Source: a virus (taxonomy: Duplodnaviria > Caudoviricetes). From it: 38,381 bases of DNA. The DNA is taken from IMG/VR virus record IMGVR_UViG_3300030330_003971, positions 1 to 38,381 of that record. One strand, given 5' to 3'. Under the pieces are notes generated by a model, which saw only the letters and a program-made list of their open reading frames with translations, ran no database searches and had not been told where the DNA came from. Shown here piece by piece: positions 1-9,400 of the stretch. Position numbers and translations under genes: made by a program. How positions within the stretch are numbered: the stretch's first letter is position 1; each line of letters opens with the position of its first letter.

Positions 1-1
1 A

Positions 2-3000
2 GTCAAATTTGTCATTCAAAATATTCGCAATGCAGTTGGCAAACCTATGGGACAGTGGCGTAAGGCATTCATGAAAGCTGTTAAGGGCTTAAGCAAAGCA
101 GGGCTTCCAAGCGAAAAGGTCGAGAGCATTAAAGAATATCTACGCTCAATTTACACTAAGGCCTTTCACCAGTGGTTGAACCAATACTCGGAACTTGTCG
201 CATTCCTTAATGATGACGCTACCAACTATGAATTAATCAAAGATGAATACAGCATTCAGGACGCACAGAAATATGCTGAGAGATACCTTCGAGACAAAGA
301 AGATCCAGAGAATATTATGCACACGTTTGATGATGGATCTTATTGGTATAATTTGAATGTTTCGTCTTGTGACGTCGAGGCAAACCGCATGGGACACTGT
401 GGCTCTGACAGCCGTGGTGTGCTTGTGTCTCTCCGCAAGAAGCAAAGTAAGCGCCGTGAATCGTCATCTTATATTACAATGACTTATAGCGAATACGAGA
501 GCACTATTTACCAAATCAAGGGTCGTTCAAACGATGCACCGCCCGAAAACACTTGGGATCATATCGCATGGTTCATTAACAATTATAATGTCCAGAATGT
601 AGAAGAGACAGGCGAACATTCAGGTGATGTTGAAACAATCCAAGAAATGATTGAATACCTCGCCAGTCAAACCAACGCCAACTTCCACGGCTCTATTGAA
701 GATCGTATGGAGAAAGCTGAAGACTATTGTGCAAATGTTGAACAGCGTTATTCACAAAACCAAGACGAAATGGAATATGGGAGCATTAGTTACACTATTG
801 AAGAAATGGATGCACATGACATTTATTGCTATGCCAGCGCTACTTATGAATTTGATATCAATCTTGGTTGGACTGGTATTGAAGAAACTGAAAGCGGCTA
901 CGTAGCTGAAAATCCGCAAGACTTCGAAGAGATCCCAAGAACATGGGGCAATATGCGCGAATTTATTAACGAAATTGGTGTCGATGACATGATGTATGAG
1001 ATGCCTGGAGATGACGGCGACTATGATTATGAGTTAGTAATGCTCATCGGTGCGCAGCCTGCAAATGTGCCAGCTGGTTCAGAGAAACCCACCGCACATC
1101 TGAGAATAAGAATGTATACTAATGAAACTTTATCTGTTGATGAAGATGGCGATGTGCCAGAGTTTGATGACTTTGCTGATAACATGCTGGCATTTGAAGA
1201 AGATACTGCCCCCAATTATAAAGAACAAATCAGACAGAACCTTGCTGAAGGTGGCTACATGGCAAAGACTGCCTACGACCGCTCAAAAGAAGAGTTGATG
1301 AAGCTAACGAACCTTGACAAGTGGCACGTTAAACAACAGGGCAGCATGCTTGAGTTTGACTGGACCGCTGATGACGGTCAGCCGCTTCACACATACTCAG
1401 GTCAACCAGCACTTGATGATGTGAGAGCACAAATGTATGGAACAGGAACAGGCAATCGCATGGGCATCAACCCTGATGCTGTGATGAGAGAAATGTTTGG
1501 GTTTGGACAAAGATACAGCTTTGCCAACAAGCAAGGTATCAATGATCCCATCATCGCCAACGGATTTGCCCGCGAATTGTCAAGGGCTATCACAACACAA
1601 ATTAAATCTAGACGAGCAGCGCCAGGACAGCAAAGTTTTGATTTTGGAGATCAATACAAAGATATTGATCCAACTATGATCTTGGCAGACGATACAGACT
1701 TTGTTGTGTTCTCTGATATTAAGTATCATGGTGGGCCATTTAGTTCGCAATACAACACCAGAAGATATCCCAGCATGGGTATCAAGTGGTTGTATCGCAT
1801 GCGTATTAGCCCTGAATCTGAACCAGATGAAGCTGAAATTATCCAAGATATTGCTGCGTATTTGAACGAGCACGAAGAACTTGTAACTCAAACTGCCGAC
1901 AAAGTTATTGGCATATATGTTGATGGGCTGATGGAGAACATACAAAAGCGCAAAGACAAGGTGATGGACAACCAAGAAATTCAAAACCTAATTAATCGCG
2001 GCAAAGAGGTTTATGGTGGTGTACTGGACGCGGCCAGTTCTGAAGAGGGCGATTCGCCCCGAGGTAACTCAACTGCTGATTTAGCCAGAAGAATATATAC
2101 CATCTTACAATGGTTTGAGAGCAACTATTCTGACATGGGTGAAGCTGAAAGATATGTGATGGTCACCAAGTTTCTTATTCCGATAGCACAAAACAACTTC
2201 CGCTCTTACTCCGATATGGGCCAAATTGATAACAATACAGGTGCACCAGTTATGTTTGGTGAGTTGGCGGCAGCACAAAAAGAAATGATGGGTGGCCAGC
2301 CAGTCAATATGTCACAACGCGCACAAGAAAGTATGGAAGCACAAATTGATCGCATTGAAAAGTTATTGAGAGAACAAAAAGATGTTGTTGCTGAAGCAGA
2401 TGACAGTTATGATCTTCGCATCTACAACATTCAAATTGGCTGCACTGTTGATGCAGAAATTGGTGGTTCCGAGTCTGAAACACAAACAGAAATCCGCGGC
2501 GTTCCTGGTGTAACCACTGTTAGACCAGTGGCGGCAAGAAAAAGACAAGTAACCCCCACTGCTGAGTATGTTTTGTATGATATAAAGTTTGAGTTGCTGG
2601 GCGCAAAGTCACGTGTTGAATATCGCGACGAAGTATTGTTACCTGCAATAAGACAAATCCGCGGCCTCAAAATTCTCACTGTATCCTCTATGCACAGAAC
2701 AAATCGCAAAGGAACAATTCGAACTGTCCGCGAAAACAATTCCTTAGCAGAGTATGGTTTCGGGTCAGGTTATGGGTATTCAAACTTCGGCGGGGTAGCA
2801 GGCCAATTAGGTTCTCAAAGATATACGCAAGGTAGAGAAATGCCAACTCCCCGACCAATGATAAAACAATTAATAGATGATTGGGCTGATGGCGGCGTGA
2901 TGGGCTACGATGCGCCAACAAACACAAACGATATGAGGTATCACACCATGTTTCCTGTGGAAGAATTATTGCCATTTATAGGCGGTAAAGAATATCGCGG

Positions 3001-3190
3001 TGATATGAAAGACTTCGAAGGAAGATATCGCCAGTTTATTAGAAATGGAGCAACATCGCCTGTTTATCTAGCGATTGGAAAGGTAAATCGTACTGCAAAG
3101 ATAACAGGCGGAGAGGATTTAATATGGTTCGCTAAAAAGGCAGGACTTGAAGAATTGCCAGTTTTTATAAGTTATCAACGTCAAGTATAG
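2..3190 (+). CDS. Large multidomain protein, 5'-truncated; PcfJ-like segment, acidic central domain, degenerate ParB-like C-terminus
   Basis: Frame is open from base 2, so the true start is upstream of the window. EANRMGHCG..LVSLR..YITM..IYQIKGRSN..P resembles the PcfJ-like motif; C-terminal GGEDLIWFAKKAGLEELPV resembles the end of ParB/Srx N-domains. Confidence 0.6.
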   Translation, partial: VKFVIQNIRNAVGKPMGQWRKAFMKAVKGLSKAGLPSEKVESIKEYLRSIYTKAFHQWLNQYSELVAFLNDDATNYELIKDEYSIQDAQKYAERYLRDKEDPENIMHTFDDGSYWYNLNVSSCDVEANRMGHCGSDSRGVLVSLRKKQSKRRESSSYITMTYSEYESTIYQIKGRSNDAPPENTWDHIAWFINNYNVQNVEETGEHSGDVETIQEMIEYLASQTNANFHGSIEDRMEKAEDYCANVEQRYSQNQDEMEYGSISYTIEEMDAHDIYCYASATYEFDINLGWTGIEETESGYVAENPQDFEEIPRTWGNMREFINEIGVDDMMYEMPGDDGDYDYELVMLIGAQPANVPAGSEKPTAHLRIRMYTNETLSVDEDGDVPEFDDFADNMLAFEEDTAPNYKEQIRQNLAEGGYMAKTAYDRSKEELMKLTNLDKWHVKQQGSMLEFDWTADDGQPLHTYSGQPALDDVRAQMYGTGTGNRMGINPDAVMREMFGFGQRYSFANKQGINDPIIANGFARELSRAITTQIKSRRAAPGQQSFDFGDQYKDIDPTMILADDTDFVVFSDIKYHGGPFSSQYNTRRYPSMGIKWLYRMRISPESEPDEAEIIQDIAAYLNEHEELVTQTADKVIGIYVDGLMENIQKRKDKVMDNQEIQNLINRGKEVYGGVLDAASSEEGDSPRGNSTADLARRIYTILQWFESNYSDMGEAERYVMVTKFLIPIAQNNFRSYSDMGQIDNNTGAPVMFGELAAAQKEMMGGQPVNMSQRAQESMEAQIDRIEKLLREQKDVVAEADDSYDLRIYNIQIGCTVDAEIGGSESETQTEIRGVPGVTTVRPVAARKRQVTPTAEYVLYDIKFELLGAKSRVEYRDEVLLPAIRQIRGLKILTVSSMHRTNRKGTIRTVRENNSLAEYGFGSGYGYSNFGGVAGQLGSQRYTQGREMPTPRPMIKQLIDDWADGGVMGYDAPTNTNDMRYHTMFPVEELLPFIGGKEYRGDMKDFEGRYRQFIRNGATSPVYLAIGKVNRTAKITGGEDLIWFAKKAGLEELPVFISYQRQV

Positions 3191-3201
3191 TTGTTAGCAC
3201 A

Positions 3202-3207
3202 TAGTTA
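3202..3207 (+). promoter_or_regulatory. Putative late promoter motif TAGTTA
   Basis: TAGTTA-CAGT-ATG(3212), no SD; same geometry at 5439, 7224, 25089, 26583, 36064. Confidence 0.6.
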
Positions 3208-3211
3208 CAGT

Positions 3212-3964
3212 ATGGGCGTTAAGAATATATTTAAGTTTTTTGTTTTTCTATCGCTCGTATGCTTTACGATATTTTCATCTTATACCGATTCTACAAACAG
3301 GATAAACAATAAGCTAAAACAATCAAAAATAATAATTGCACCAGAACACAGAAATGTTACAGAAAAATCAATAAACAGTGCAGTCAGAGTAGTCTCTACT
3401 TTTGAAAACATCGCCAATGATGGTGTTACTTCAACATCATCAGGGACATATTTCGAATTTAAAAATAAACATTATGTTATTACCTCTGCTCACAGCTTGA
3501 TTGGAGAATGTTATACCACTATGATTATTGCGGGAGATTACGCATTTGAATGCCACGAATTTACAATTATGAATATACCAAAAGACATAGCAGTTATTCA
3601 AGTTGAAAGAATATTCAATAGAAAACCGATCAAAATAAATGATGTATTGTACTCCGACATTGATACTAAAGTTAATTCTGGGGTACATGAAAAGATCATT
3701 TACACAGGCTACCCACAGGCCATGGGCCCGTTCACATTTGATGGCAAAATTGTTAGCCACACAATAGAAAATGACACCTTTTTTATTAACTCATACGCAT
3801 GGTCCGGTTCATCTGGCTCTGGTATATTTAATTCAAAAGGTCACCTAATTGGTATTATTACCGCTGTTTCGGTGGCGGCTACCGAACATGGCATTGACGT
3901 GATGGAGGATCTAGTTATAGTTACGTCACTTACACAACAAGATTTTATAAGTGCTTTAAATTAG
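3212..3964 (+). CDS. Trypsin-like (S1) serine protease with N-terminal membrane anchor/signal
   Basis: TSAH, DIAV and GSSGSG catalytic-triad motifs; hydrophobic N-terminus. Confidence 0.85.
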   Translation: MGVKNIFKFFVFLSLVCFTIFSSYTDSTNRINNKLKQSKIIIAPEHRNVTEKSINSAVRVVSTFENIANDGVTSTSSGTYFEFKNKHYVITSAHSLIGECYTTMIIAGDYAFECHEFTIMNIPKDIAVIQVERIFNRKPIKINDVLYSDIDTKVNSGVHEKIIYTGYPQAMGPFTFDGKIVSHTIENDTFFINSYAWSGSSGSGIFNSKGHLIGIITAVSVAATEHGIDVMEDLVIVTSLTQQDFISALN

Positions 3965-3973
3965 GAGAATACA

Positions 3974-4216
3974 ATGTCAAAAAAGAAGCAATGCATAAAC
4001 TCACTGCTACAGAAACTTAGTGGGCTTGATCAAAAAATGTTTAACATGTCAGAGGCTCTTAAGAACATAAAGCAACTTGTTAATGAACAGTCTGAAGTTT
4101 TCGAGGATGAGGAAGAGTGTCCCGATGTAGTTGAGTCTGAAAAGGCACTTATCGAGGCAATTGAAAAACTATACGTTGAGGAACTTTTAACACGTGAACC
4201 TGAAGGCGATGCATAA
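3974..4216 (+). CDS. Hypothetical coiled-coil/acidic protein
   Basis: AGGAG SD, 80 aa ORF. Confidence 0.7.
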   Translation: MSKKKQCINSLLQKLSGLDQKMFNMSEALKNIKQLVNEQSEVFEDEEECPDVVESEKALIEAIEKLYVEELLTREPEGDA

Positions 4217-4554
4217 TGGGCGACATAAATCAAGAAAATACCGAGGTCAGCACGGACCTCGAAGATCTTAAGCCTAAAAAACCAAGCAACAGAGCCCCCC
4301 AAGGCATACGAACTTTTACGGTATGTCGCCAGCATGACGAAAGTGGTGTATCTGGCGAAGGTGTTGTTATAGAGGGTGCAACATTCGCCACTGGCCATAC
4401 GGTTATCCACTGGCTTACCCCCGCTCCACGTGGGTCAATTGCATTTTTTGATGCTTTTGATGATTTTTTAAAAATACACATCAAGCCCCATCCCACAAAT
4501 AAAACAATCCTTACGTTTGAAGATGGTGAACAAACTATTTATGACGGAGGATAA
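4216..4554 (+). CDS. Conserved phage hypothetical protein
   Basis: TAATG coupling; DESGVSGEGVVIEG..F..G motif familiar from phage hypotheticals. Confidence 0.7.
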   Translation: MGDINQENTEVSTDLEDLKPKKPSNRAPQGIRTFTVCRQHDESGVSGEGVVIEGATFATGHTVIHWLTPAPRGSIAFFDAFDDFLKIHIKPHPTNKTILTFEDGEQTIYDGG

Positions 4555-4557
4555 TTT

Positions 4558-5418
4558 ATGAGTTACAAATTTAGTACAGGTAGTATTCGCCGCGGCGATG
4601 TTTTTTATGAAGATGATCGCGAAGGCGAACCAACATACATTGATTTCGGACAAGATACCATAACACTTCGCCCAAGTGGATCGCAGATATTGCATGCAAC
4701 ATCGGCCTCAGTTGGTATTGGCACCACCTCACCTCACGATATTTTGACAATTAATGGAACGGAATCTTCATCAGACGAAACATTCATTCACTTTCAAGAA
4801 GATGGTTCAGATCGAGCAAAAGTGGGGATTAACACGTCAAACAATTTAGTTATCCATAACCAATTCAGCAATAAGCATATTGTGTTCAAAGTAAATGACG
4901 GCGATGGTGGAACATTAGAAGGCCTTCGAATTAGATCAAATAACAATGACAACAGAGGGGAGGTTGTTGTTAACGAGGGTTCCGAATCTCTTATAGATTT
5001 TCGCGTTGAAGGTATGACAGATCAGCACTTGATTTTTGCTGATGGCGGTAATGACAAAGTAGGTATCAGTACCGACACGCCCACCAGCGGTATGCACATT
5101 AGAACATCAGTTGCCACGTCTTTTCAGGTTAACAGCACAGACGTAACTTTAGACGACGAAGATTGTTTTGTGATCGCTGACGCTGCAAATGGTTCCATAA
5201 CGATTACTCTGCCATCACCTACGGGAATTGGTGGCAGATTTTATACAATAAAAAGAAAAGATACTTCTGGCAATAGTGTGACAATTACAACAGCGGCGGG
5301 TAAAACTTTTGATGGGAGTGGTTCGTCATTTACTTTGTCACCACTTTGCAGCATAACTTTACAATCTGACAATGCATCAAACTGGTGGAAAGTCGCTGAA
5401 TTTATTGACCCGCCGTGA
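4558..5418 (+). CDS. Tail-fibre-like / virion structural protein
   Basis: VGIGTTSP / VGINTS / VGISTDTP repeats and C-terminal DAANGSITITLPSP..FYTIKRKD module; TATTTA-N4-GGAGG upstream. Confidence 0.65.
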   Translation: MSYKFSTGSIRRGDVFYEDDREGEPTYIDFGQDTITLRPSGSQILHATSASVGIGTTSPHDILTINGTESSSDETFIHFQEDGSDRAKVGINTSNNLVIHNQFSNKHIVFKVNDGDGGTLEGLRIRSNNNDNRGEVVVNEGSESLIDFRVEGMTDQHLIFADGGNDKVGISTDTPTSGMHIRTSVATSFQVNSTDVTLDDEDCFVIADAANGSITITLPSPTGIGGRFYTIKRKDTSGNSVTITTAAGKTFDGSGSSFTLSPLCSITLQSDNASNWWKVAEFIDPP

Positions 5419-5438
5419 TGCTTCTTTGTCAATGGGAC

Positions 5439-5444
5439 TAATTA
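5439..5444 (+). promoter_or_regulatory. Putative late promoter motif TAATTA
   Basis: TAATTA-TAAC-ATG(5449). Confidence 0.6.
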
Positions 5445-5448
5445 TAAC

Positions 5449-6384
5449 ATGGACAAATGGTTTAGAATATTAAATGAAGCCCGCCGTGACCAACGGCATA
5501 GGCCCGAGCCAACGCCCTTTAAGAGCAAAGCGCAGAAGGCTTATAAAAAACAACGCCGCAAAAATGACATGTACTCCACAAAAGCAGGTCATAAAAACTT
5601 ATCTAGTGGTTCCCCTTTTGCTAATACCCCACAGCGCGCTGGAACGGACAGGCTACGCTTCGAAGAAGAAGTAGAGCCTGAATCATTTGAAAAACAACCT
5701 CACCTCAATGAGCGATTTTGGAAAGAGGACGGCGCAAAGTTGTGTCCAAAGGTGGCGCGCCGTTTAAGTAAGATAGTTGATGATTTTATGCAAGGGCTAG
5801 ATGTTGAAGCGCATGTTGAAGATATACGTTTTACTGGTTCGCTTGCTAACTACAACTGGTCAAAGTATTCTGATGTTGACCTTCACATCGTTGTAGACTT
5901 TGCAAAAATTGATGAGGATATAGAGCTAGTCAAATCATTTTTCGACAGCGCGCGCATGCGCTGGAACGATATACATGACATCAAAATCTATGGTTACGAA
6001 GTTGAGATATATGTTGAAAATGTTGGTGACATACACAAATCATCAGGTGTCTATTCTATCATGGATAATCAGTGGATTGCAGAGCCAGATCCCACAAGCG
6101 TTGATATTGATGTTGCTTTAGCCCGAAAGAAAAGCGATGATATTGAAACACAAGTTAATTTGATTAGCCATATAATTGATAAACAAAAATATGATTCGGC
6201 TTTACGCGCGATTGAAAGATTAAAAGAAAAGATAAGGCGCATGAGAAAAGCGGGTCTTGACAGCCCTAAACAAGAATTTTCACCCGAAAACATTGCATTT
6301 AAGATCCTTCGCAGAGAAGATGTGCTACAAAAGTTAAGTGATATGAAGTATGATGCATATGATAGAATGATGAGTATTAAATGA
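5449..6384 (+). CDS. Pol-beta superfamily nucleotidyltransferase
   Basis: FTGSLANYNWSKYSDVDLH (GS + DxD) and a downstream EVE strand; basic N-terminal extension. Confidence 0.85.
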   Translation: MDKWFRILNEARRDQRHRPEPTPFKSKAQKAYKKQRRKNDMYSTKAGHKNLSSGSPFANTPQRAGTDRLRFEEEVEPESFEKQPHLNERFWKEDGAKLCPKVARRLSKIVDDFMQGLDVEAHVEDIRFTGSLANYNWSKYSDVDLHIVVDFAKIDEDIELVKSFFDSARMRWNDIHDIKIYGYEVEIYVENVGDIHKSSGVYSIMDNQWIAEPDPTSVDIDVALARKKSDDIETQVNLISHIIDKQKYDSALRAIERLKEKIRRMRKAGLDSPKQEFSPENIAFKILRREDVLQKLSDMKYDAYDRMMSIK

Positions 6385-6620
6385 GATTTCAAGAAATAAA
6401 AAAAGAATCAAAAGTTTTTCCTGGCGAGTATTTACTACACTTACCGACTAATCAAATAGTTCTGGTGGGCGCATTCAACTTCGACGAAGATTTCATTAGA
6501 TGCCTTAACAACGGTAGACTAATGACTGATGCAGTTAAAAACTTCAAAAAGATACAAATGTCTCAAAAAGAATTAAATCAAAACAGAACGCGCTGCAAGG
6601 GCTGTGGTAGGACGCGGTAA
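6381..6620 (+). CDS. Hypothetical protein, C-terminal CxxC
   Basis: ATGA overlap; ends RCKGCGRTR. Confidence 0.7.
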   Translation: MRFQEIKKESKVFPGEYLLHLPTNQIVLVGAFNFDEDFIRCLNNGRLMTDAVKNFKKIQMSQKELNQNRTRCKGCGRTR

Positions 6621-6892
6621 TGAAAAAAGTTTTCTTCACTGTTGGACCTTTTGCTGAGATTGAAGAAAGAATTGACGATTTTGGTTCTAGTATGTACCTG
6701 CAAAAACTTTATAATGAAACCGTGCAAGAGTTAGTTGAGACTGAATTAGCATACGAAACAGCCAAAAATCACAATGATGCTGATGATATTATTAAAGGCC
6801 TAAGAAGTCAAATTAAATTTCTTGAGAATGTGGTCACTTTAGCCAACAATAATATGTCCAGCTTTATGTCAGATAAAATTTACTATGACTAA
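6620..6892 (+). CDS. Hypothetical protein
   Basis: TAATG coupling. Confidence 0.7.
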   Translation: MKKVFFTVGPFAEIEERIDDFGSSMYLQKLYNETVQELVETELAYETAKNHNDADDIIKGLRSQIKFLENVVTLANNNMSSFMSDKIYYD

Positions 6893-7148
6893 AATTTATA
6901 TTTATTGTTTGTTTGACAAATTTGATAATTTTCTTGGTGTTTATTCATCATTGAAAGCAATCCATCGCGATGCCATTAAAATATGTAATAAAGGCTCAAG
7001 TAACATTTATATGATACATGGTAAAACAACACAGCTAGCCGATTTAGTCACTTTGAGAAATAAGTTTAAGGGTGTTTGTGATGTTGAAATTAAGTATTTT
7101 TCAGATGCTCAACTTGTTAAAATTTTTAAGACAAAATTAAAGGAATAG
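6885..7148 (+). CDS. Hypothetical protein
   Basis: Overlap-coupled ORF. Confidence 0.65.
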   Translation: MTKIYIYCLFDKFDNFLGVYSSLKAIHRDAIKICNKGSSNIYMIHGKTTQLADLVTLRNKFKGVCDVEIKYFSDAQLVKIFKTKLKE

Positions 7149-7233
7149 TTTTGTATTTTATACAAAATTGTTGTTTTCTTTCTTTGCAAAAATGTGATAA
7201 TATAGTTTCAATGATGTCCATTGTATTTATTAT

Positions 7234-7491
7234 ATGGGCAACGATTTTTACAGAGGCGATTTAATAAGATGGGTGGTCGGTCATGATACATATGAAAGCG
7301 ATGGGGATACGCTTTATGGAACCGATCCGATATATAATCACGGGATTATTATGGAGGTTTCAGACGTGGACCCAGCCTGCATCATCGTTCACTCCCGCGA
7401 CGTACACATGGCACCAAGATTGGTTATCCTTAACGGAGAACTCGACGAAATTCACATCCTTAGCAGCGCGGAGCAAAAAAATGAGCAGTAG
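7234..7491 (+). CDS. KOW/SH3-like small protein
   Basis: FYRGDLIRW..GIIMEV; TATTTA-N4-ATG upstream. Confidence 0.65.
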   Translation: MGNDFYRGDLIRWVVGHDTYESDGDTLYGTDPIYNHGIIMEVSDVDPACIIVHSRDVHMAPRLVILNGELDEIHILSSAEQKNEQ

Positions 7492-7777
7492 ACACTTTAG
7501 TGGCGAGAAGTTAAACAAGAAAGAAACAATTAGGAAAGTTAGCCAATATGTTGTTGATATATTTGATGGACGTTTTTGTGTTAAGTTTGATAGTGATGAT
7601 GGTGGAACTGTTTTGAATGTTTACCTTGAGGTTGATGAACCTTCAAAGCCACTTACAGGCTTTCATCAGGACGCCTTTAAACATTCAAAATGGCATGGTT
7701 GGCGTTATGTTGTAACAAAAGTGCCTCTGGGATATGTTGATGCAATTCTAGAAGCTCCAGATCGCGACGACTACTGA
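7481..7777 (+). CDS. Hypothetical protein
   Basis: GGAG SD before ATG 7481; stop TGA lies inside the promoter box. Confidence 0.65.
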   Translation: MSSRHFSGEKLNKKETIRKVSQYVVDIFDGRFCVKFDSDDGGTVLNVYLEVDEPSKPLTGFHQDAFKHSKWHGWRYVVTKVPLGYVDAILEAPDRDDY

Positions 7778-7827
7778 CATTTCCTTGACAATTAATCGCT
7801 TGCACTTTGCTGTGAGTGTGCTATATT
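7774..7827 (+). promoter_or_regulatory. Early promoter module 1
   Basis: CTGACA 7774, TTGACA 7785, TTGCAC 7800, TGC-TATATT 7822 (16-bp spacer). Confidence 0.75.
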
Positions 7828-7846
7828 AGTAATCGTAGGAGAGAAT

Positions 7847-8221
7847 ATGGCTAAAGTTCAAGTTGGCGATCTTGTTTGTATGTATCGTCGTAAAAATAAA
7901 GGCATGGGTATTGTGCTGGAGTACGCAGAGGATTTGATAGAGAAATCTGAAGCTGGCATAACCTTTGAGCAGTTCATGAATGATCTCGCCGCACTTGGCG
8001 ACAAATATGATACACGCGCTGCATATCGCAGAAAACTCAAAGCGTATGCAAAGCATCCAGATATGATTACAACGTGTTTAATTTACAACGCAAGCTGGGC
8101 TAAGAAACCTAAGAAAGAGTTTGTTAGGGTTCGTTGGTTTGAGACACCATCTATGTACGAGGCTAGCCAAACAAAAGAAATAGAAGAATGGTGCCCGATT
8201 GATTGGTTAAAGGCCATTTGA
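7847..8221 (+). CDS. KOW/SH3-like protein with helical insertion
   Basis: VQVGDLV..GMGIVL..VRVRW..WLKAI. Confidence 0.75.
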   Translation: MAKVQVGDLVCMYRRKNKGMGIVLEYAEDLIEKSEAGITFEQFMNDLAALGDKYDTRAAYRRKLKAYAKHPDMITTCLIYNASWAKKPKKEFVRVRWFETPSMYEASQTKEIEEWCPIDWLKAI

Positions 8222-8271
8222 CATTTTAGGCACAACTAATACTTGACAACTATTAGTTACGGTGATATAAT
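8218..8271 (+). promoter_or_regulatory. Early promoter module 2; consensus sigma70 promoter for the tRNA region
   Basis: TTGACA 8243, 17 bp, TATAAT 8266 with TG extension; upstream TTGACA at 8218 and a degenerate second box. Confidence 0.85.
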
Positions 8272-8279
8272 AATATTAT

Positions 8280-8366
8280 GCTTGAGTGGTGGAATAGGTA
8301 GACACAAGAGACTTAAAATCTCTCGCTCAAATGAGCATGCGGGTTCGAGTCCCGCCTCAAGTACCA
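8280..8366 (+). tRNA. tRNA-Leu(UAA)
   Basis: GCTTGAG/CTCAAGT acceptor stem, AGAGA-CTTAAAA-TCTCT anticodon arm, long variable arm, GTTCGAG, encoded CCA. Confidence 0.95.
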
Positions 8367-8384
8367 TTTATTAAGGAGAGCAAA

Positions 8385-8567
8385 ATGAAATACATTATTA
8401 ACCTTTTAATGATTGCTGCGGCAAGTTGGTTTAGTTTTGACTGGGCGACTGACAATCCTCTCAAAGCTAAGTATGCTCGCAAACAAGCTGAAAAGACATT
8501 TGAACAGGTTTATCAAACCGTTTCAGAGCATGTTGAAAATATGCAAGGGGGCACGGGGCAACCATGA
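8385..8567 (+). CDS. Small protein with hydrophobic N-terminus
   Basis: AAGGAG SD; MKYIINLLMIAAASWF. Confidence 0.7.
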   Translation: MKYIINLLMIAAASWFSFDWATDNPLKAKYARKQAEKTFEQVYQTVSEHVENMQGGTGQP

Positions 8568-8776
8568 AACCAGGACAAGTTAAAATGTGGCTGGATCAAG
8601 GCCCAGCGGTTCTATTACAGCAGTGTGATGTTGAGGGTGAATCAATATCACTGAGCGAGGTAGATGATATTGTACCTACCATTGAAAAAGGCTGGGTTAT
8701 TCACTTGCTCATGACTGATGAAATGCTCACGGTGCATGAAGAAACATTACACAATGGATCAGAACATTATGCTTGA
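8564..8776 (+). CDS. Hypothetical small protein (possibly a divergent SH3-like member)
   Basis: ATGA overlap; MKPGQV..VHEETL. Confidence 0.65.
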   Translation: MKPGQVKMWLDQGPAVLLQQCDVEGESISLSEVDDIVPTIEKGWVIHLLMTDEMLTVHEETLHNGSEHYA

Positions 8777-8939
8777 TTACACAATTATGGAATATAATTT
8801 AGAAACTAGAAAATATATCGTCATTGGTATTGCCGAGGGTATTGATGGTAATGTTGCAAAACAAAATTACATTGACAAACACGGTTGGACACCGCGAGAA
8901 GGTATTATTTTGTTTGCGAAACCACCTCTTTGCAGATAA
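8769..8939 (+). CDS. Hypothetical small protein
   Basis: Overlap-coupled; ends just before tRNA-Lys. Confidence 0.6.
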   Translation: MLDYTIMEYNLETRKYIVIGIAEGIDGNVAKQNYIDKHGWTPREGIILFAKPPLCR

Positions 8940-8946
8940 ACTTTGT

Positions 8947-9022
8947 GGGTCACTAGCTCAGTTGGTAGAGCATCGGGCTTTTAACCCGCTGGTCGCAGGT
9001 TCGATTCCTGCGTGACCCACCA
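8947..9022 (+). tRNA. tRNA-Lys(UUU)
   Basis: GGGTCAC/GTGACCC stem, CTTTTAA loop, GTTCGAT, CCA. Confidence 0.95.
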
Positions 9023-9029
9023 CTTAAAT

Positions 9030-9106
9030 GGGCCTTTAGTTCAGTTGGTCAGAGCGTCCCGCTCATAACGGGGTTGTCGTCGGTTCGAGCCCGACAGGGC
9101 CCACCA
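9030..9106 (+). tRNA. tRNA with CAU anticodon, probably Ile2 (lysidine type)
   Basis: GGGCCTT/AGGGCCC stem, CTCATAA loop, CCA. Paired 1:72 and no GGG/CCC anticodon stem exclude the initiator; acceptor stem resembles bacterial Ile2. Confidence 0.85.
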
Positions 9107-9115
9107 TTTAATAAC

Positions 9116-9400
9116 ATGAAAAAAAATATAACATCTGACAAAGTTTGGCAAGCACAAACCCGCACGTTAAAAATGCTGGAGTCACAGCTTATTTCTTTAG
9201 AAAATGCCACAAAAGACTTGCAACGTAAAGTTAAAAATGATAAACTAGATACCTATTACAGCGAAAATTCAGACTGTGTTGCTTATGCTATTAAAGTTTG
9301 GAAGTCGTGCATGCGGCTTGCGGAACTTAAAAAATTACAGTGGGAACTTGAGGGTAGAAATACCTATGGTAAACTTATAGAAAAGGGAGAAGAAGAATGA
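9116..9400 (+). CDS. Hypothetical coiled-coil protein
   Basis: ATG follows the tRNA; helical heptads. Confidence 0.65.
   Translation: MKKNITSDKVWQAQTRTLKMLESQLISLENATKDLQRKVKNDKLDTYYSENSDCVAYAIKVWKSCMRLAELKKLQWELEGRNTYGKLIEKGEEE

Noticed and set aside
9030-9106. Initiator tRNA-fMet
   Set aside because: G1:C72 is paired and the anticodon stem lacks the three consecutive G:C pairs
8331-9115. ORF 8824-9015 and the 5' extensions of ORFs 8331 and 9074
   Set aside because: They run through tRNA genes; better starts exist at 8385 and 9116
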